This document shows, one piece after another, positions 61,004 through 64,000 of a stretch of DNA of 64,000 nucleotides. How positions within the stretch are numbered: the stretch's first letter is position 1; each line of letters opens with the position of its first letter. Origin of the DNA: an uncultured Chitinophagaceae bacterium (GTDB lineage Bacteria > Planctomycetota > Planctomycetia > Pirellulales > UBA1268); NCBI GenBank assembly GCA_964585575.1, contig CAZPEM010000001.1:4994-68993 (forward strand). Direction: 5' to 3'. A program made the translations under genes and the position numbers. The notes below the pieces were generated by a model. The model had not been told where the DNA came from and did no database searches. It worked only from the letters and a program-made list of their open reading frames with translations.

Positions 61004-63982
61004 ATGCCCACCGACGTCCGCTCGCTCGGCGACAGGCTCGAAGGCGACCTGCTCGTCGACGACCTCGCCCGCTCGATCTACTCCACCGATGCCTCCGAGT
61101 ACCAGGAGCGGCCGCTGGCGGTCGCCTTCCCGAGGTCGGACCGCGACGTCGGCGAGATCGTCCGCTTCGCGGCAGCCAACGGCATCGGGCTGATCCCACG
61201 GGGGGCCGGCACGTCGCTCGCCGGGCAGGTGGTTGGCGGCGGCCTCGTGGTCGATCTCGGCCGCCACATGAACCGGATCCTGTCGCTCGACGCCGCTGCC
61301 CGCCGGGTCCGCGTGCAGCCGGGCGTCGTCCGCAACGAACTCAACGCCTTCCTCGCGCCGCACGGGCTGTTCTTCGGCCCGGAAACGTCCACGGCCGGCT
61401 GGGCGACGATCGGCGGCATGGTCGGCAACAACTCCTGCGGGTCGAATTCGATCGCCTACGGCACGACACGAGACCATCTCGTCTCGGCCCGCGGCTTCCT
61501 CGCAGACGGCTCGGAAGTGACGTTCGGACCGCTCGACCGGGAGGCCTTTCTGGCGGCGTGCGAGGGCGACACGCTCGTCGCGACGGCCTACCGCACGCTC
61601 CGCGACCTGCTTGCCCCGGAGGAAAGCCGCCGCCGGATTCTTGAGGGATTTCCGCGGCCCGAAGTCACCCGCCGCAACACCGGCTACGCGCTCGATGCCC
61701 TCCTCGACGCATCCTGCTTCGACGCGTCGAGCTCGACGCCCTTCAACGCATGCCGCCTGATCGCGGGGTCGGAAGGCACCCTCTTCGTGGGCGTGGAGTT
61801 CGAGCTCGACCTGCTGCCTCTGCCCCCCCCGGGGGTCGTCATGTGCGTCCACTGCCGTTCGGTGGACGAGGCGCTCAGGGCGACGGTGCTCGTGATGCGG
61901 GAATTCGGACGATCGCGGAACGGACAGCCGCCGCGCGCATCGGCCGAGTGCGAACTGACAGGCTGCGAGCTGATAGACGACAAGATCCTCTCCTGCACGA
62001 AGGACAACCTCGAGCAGGCCCGCAACCGCAGCTTCGTGGAGGGCGATCCCGGGGCCGTGCTCGTCGTGGAGTTCAAGTCCGCCGATCCCACCCGGCTCGT
62101 CCGGGCCTGCGACGACCTTGAGTCACTCCTTCGCAGCGCGGACATCGGCTACGCCTTTCCGCGACTCTTCGGGGCCGAGTCCAACCGGGTCTGGGAGCTG
62201 CGGCGGGCCGGCCAGGGGCTCGTGAACAACCTTCCTGGCGACGCGAAGCCCCGCGAGATCGTCGAGGACACGGCGGTCGCGGTGGAAGACCTGCCCGCCT
62301 ACATCGCGGATTTCGACCGGCTGCTCGCGGAGAAGTACGGGATCGACTGCGTCCACTACGCGCACGCCGGCGCCGGCGAGCTCCATCTGCGGCCGCTCTT
62401 CGACCTGAAGACGCCCGAGGGTCTGGCGACGTTTCGCGGCGTGGCCACCGACGTCGCGCAGCTCGTGAAGCGGTATCGCGGCAGTCTCAGCGGCGAGCAC
62501 GGCGACGGCCGCCTCCGCGGCGAGTTCATCCGCACGATGGTGGGCGACGAGTGCTACGCGATGCTCGAGCGGGTGAAGCGGGCCTTCGATCCCCGTGGCA
62601 TCCTCAACCCAGGCAAGATCATCGCCGCCCCGCCGATGGACACGAGCCTGCGGATCGTCCCCGGCGCGGCCGAGCCCGAGCGGGAGACGGTCTTCCGGTT
62701 CGCCGACACCGGCGGCGTGCTCCGCGCGGCCGAGAAATGCACCGGCGTCGGCCAGTGCCGCAAGACGCACATCATCGGCGGCACGATGTGCCCGAGCTAC
62801 ATGGCCACCCGCGACGAGCAGCACACGACGCGGGCCCGGGCCAACGTGCTGCGACAGGCGCTCGCCGACGCCGGCTCGGCCGACCCCTGGAGCCGACCGG
62901 AGCTCGCCGACGTGATGGATCTCTGCCTTTCGTGCAAGGCCTGCAAGAGCGAGTGTCCCTCCAACGTCGACATGGCGAGGCTCAAGGCGGAATGGGAGCA
63001 GCACCGGCACGACCGGCGCGGCGTTCCGCTGCGGTCCCGGCTCATCGCCGGCTCGGCGCGGGCGATGCGGCTGGCCCATCCGGCACGCGCGATCTACAAC
63101 CTCGCCGTCACCGCGCCCGGCCTCTCGCAGGCCGTGAAGCGGCTCATGGGCTTCTCCGTGAAGCGGTCGCTCCCGACGCTCGCCACGACGAGGCTCTCCA
63201 CGTGGCACCGCCGAAGGCCGCGGCCCGCCGGCCCGTTCCCGCTCGGCCGCGTGCACCTCTTCTGCGACGAGTTCACCGACACGCTCGACGCCCCGATCGG
63301 CATCCGCGCCGTGGAGCTGCTCGAGGCGCTCGGCTACGAGGTCGTCATCCCGCGGCACGCCGACAGCGGGCGGGCCCAGCTCTCGAAGGGGCTCGTCCGC
63401 GAGGCCAGAACGCTCGCCTCGCACAACGTCGAGTGGCTCGAGCCCGTCGTGACCGACGAGGCGCCGCTCGTCGGGATCGAGCCGTCCGCGATCCTCGGCT
63501 TCCGTGATGAGTATCCCGATCTCGTGCCGGAGGAGCTGGCCCCGAAAGCCCGCCGACTCGCCGACCGCGTGTTCCTCATCGACGAGTTCCTCGCCCGCGA
63601 GGCGTCACGCGGACGGATCGGGCCGGGCTCCTTCCGGCCCGCCCGCCGTCGCATCCTGCTCCACGGCCACTGCCACCAGAAGGCCCTCGCCAGCCTCGAG
63701 GCGACGAAGGAGATCCTCTCGCTCCCCGAGGGGCACGAGGTCGAGATCCTCCCCACCGGCTGCTGCGGCATGGCAGGATCGTTCGGCTACGAGGCCGAGC
63801 ACTTCGATCTCTCGATGCGGATCGGCGAACTCGTGCTCTTCCCCGCCGTGCGAAAGGCCGCCCCCGACACGCTCGTGGCTGCCGCGGGCACCAGCTGCCG
63901 CCACCAGATCAAGGACGGCACAGGCCGCACCGCCCTCCACCCCGTGGATATCCTCCACGCCGCTGTCGCCCGCACGGCGTAA
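61004..63982 (+). CDS. Fused FAD-binding (GlcD/D-lactate dehydrogenase-like) and Fe-S/CCG-domain (GlcF-like) oxidoreductase
   Basis: ATG 61004 lies within ORF 59594-63982. FAD_binding_4 motifs: GLIPRGAGTSLAGQVVG, GGMVGNNSCG. Cys clusters: CTGVGQCRK...CPSY and CLSCKACKSECPSNVDM. C-terminal CCG motifs: HGHCHQK, CCGMAGSFG. Confidence 0.88.
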   Translation: MPTDVRSLGDRLEGDLLVDDLARSIYSTDASEYQERPLAVAFPRSDRDVGEIVRFAAANGIGLIPRGAGTSLAGQVVGGGLVVDLGRHMNRILSLDAAARRVRVQPGVVRNELNAFLAPHGLFFGPETSTAGWATIGGMVGNNSCGSNSIAYGTTRDHLVSARGFLADGSEVTFGPLDREAFLAACEGDTLVATAYRTLRDLLAPEESRRRILEGFPRPEVTRRNTGYALDALLDASCFDASSSTPFNACRLIAGSEGTLFVGVEFELDLLPLPPPGVVMCVHCRSVDEALRATVLVMREFGRSRNGQPPRASAECELTGCELIDDKILSCTKDNLEQARNRSFVEGDPGAVLVVEFKSADPTRLVRACDDLESLLRSADIGYAFPRLFGAESNRVWELRRAGQGLVNNLPGDAKPREIVEDTAVAVEDLPAYIADFDRLLAEKYGIDCVHYAHAGAGELHLRPLFDLKTPEGLATFRGVATDVAQLVKRYRGSLSGEHGDGRLRGEFIRTMVGDECYAMLERVKRAFDPRGILNPGKIIAAPPMDTSLRIVPGAAEPERETVFRFADTGGVLRAAEKCTGVGQCRKTHIIGGTMCPSYMATRDEQHTTRARANVLRQALADAGSADPWSRPELADVMDLCLSCKACKSECPSNVDMARLKAEWEQHRHDRRGVPLRSRLIAGSARAMRLAHPARAIYNLAVTAPGLSQAVKRLMGFSVKRSLPTLATTRLSTWHRRRPRPAGPFPLGRVHLFCDEFTDTLDAPIGIRAVELLEALGYEVVIPRHADSGRAQLSKGLVREARTLASHNVEWLEPVVTDEAPLVGIEPSAILGFRDEYPDLVPEELAPKARRLADRVFLIDEFLAREASRGRIGPGSFRPARRRILLHGHCHQKALASLEATKEILSLPEGHEVEILPTGCCGMAGSFGYEAEHFDLSMRIGELVLFPAVRKAAPDTLVAAAGTSCRHQIKDGTGRTALHPVDILHAAVARTA

Positions 63983-64000
63983 AACCCGGTCGCGACCGCG

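Noticed and set aside
1-64000. Scan for tRNA, rRNA or tmRNA genes, transposases, integrases, phage genes, toxin-antitoxin pairs and CRISPR-cas.
   Set aside because: I recognised no T-loop (GGTTCGAATCC-like) cloverleaf candidates, rRNA signatures, DDE or tyrosine recombinase motifs, or terminal inverted repeats by eye. A proper tRNAscan-SE, Infernal or ISfinder run is still needed to confirm their absence.

Overview
This is a 64-kb, very GC-rich chromosomal segment with about 60 densely packed genes. The gene content suggests Planctomycetota: a PVM-type microcompartment locus, DUF1080 and YdjY-like lipoproteins, and no mobile elements. I recognised no rRNA, tRNA, CRISPR array, transposase or integrase. 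Most of the window is conserved housekeeping synteny: pheA(partial), tpiA-secG, yicC-gmk-rpoZ-coaC-coaB, argC-argJ, a PNP gene followed by a TldD/PmbA pair, ileS-purN, dnaG-rpoD, greA, yggS, hemQ, and htrA-aat-cinA. Three accessory blocks stand out. (1) 21.1-29.9 kb holds a complete Planctomycetes/Verrucomicrobia-type bacterial microcompartment (BMC) operon. It encodes a DeoR regulator, PduL, 2 BMC-H, AckA, 3 BMC-P, an acylating aldehyde dehydrogenase, a class II aldolase, an LDH/MDH-like dehydrogenase and one unknown protein that carries an encapsulation peptide. (2) 29.9-34.8 kb holds a two-gene CusA/CzcA-type RND metal efflux pair with a His-rich adaptor. (3) 50.2-55.5 kb is the most interesting block. 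Four tightly coupled genes encode two WXG100-like small helical proteins, a 219-aa helical protein, and a 1401-aa membrane FtsK/SpoIIIE ATPase with an EssC/EccC-like multi-domain layout. This is a minimal type VII-like secretion signature in a non-Firmicute, non-Actinobacterial context. Several unexplained noncoding structures are also reported: duplicated 50-nt elements with alternative GC hairpins, a 27-bp tandem hairpin array, and stop-codon-containing palindromes. Most of the long extra ORFs in the six-frame track are antisense or GC-content artefacts. All functional calls come from reading motifs by eye; no searches were run.
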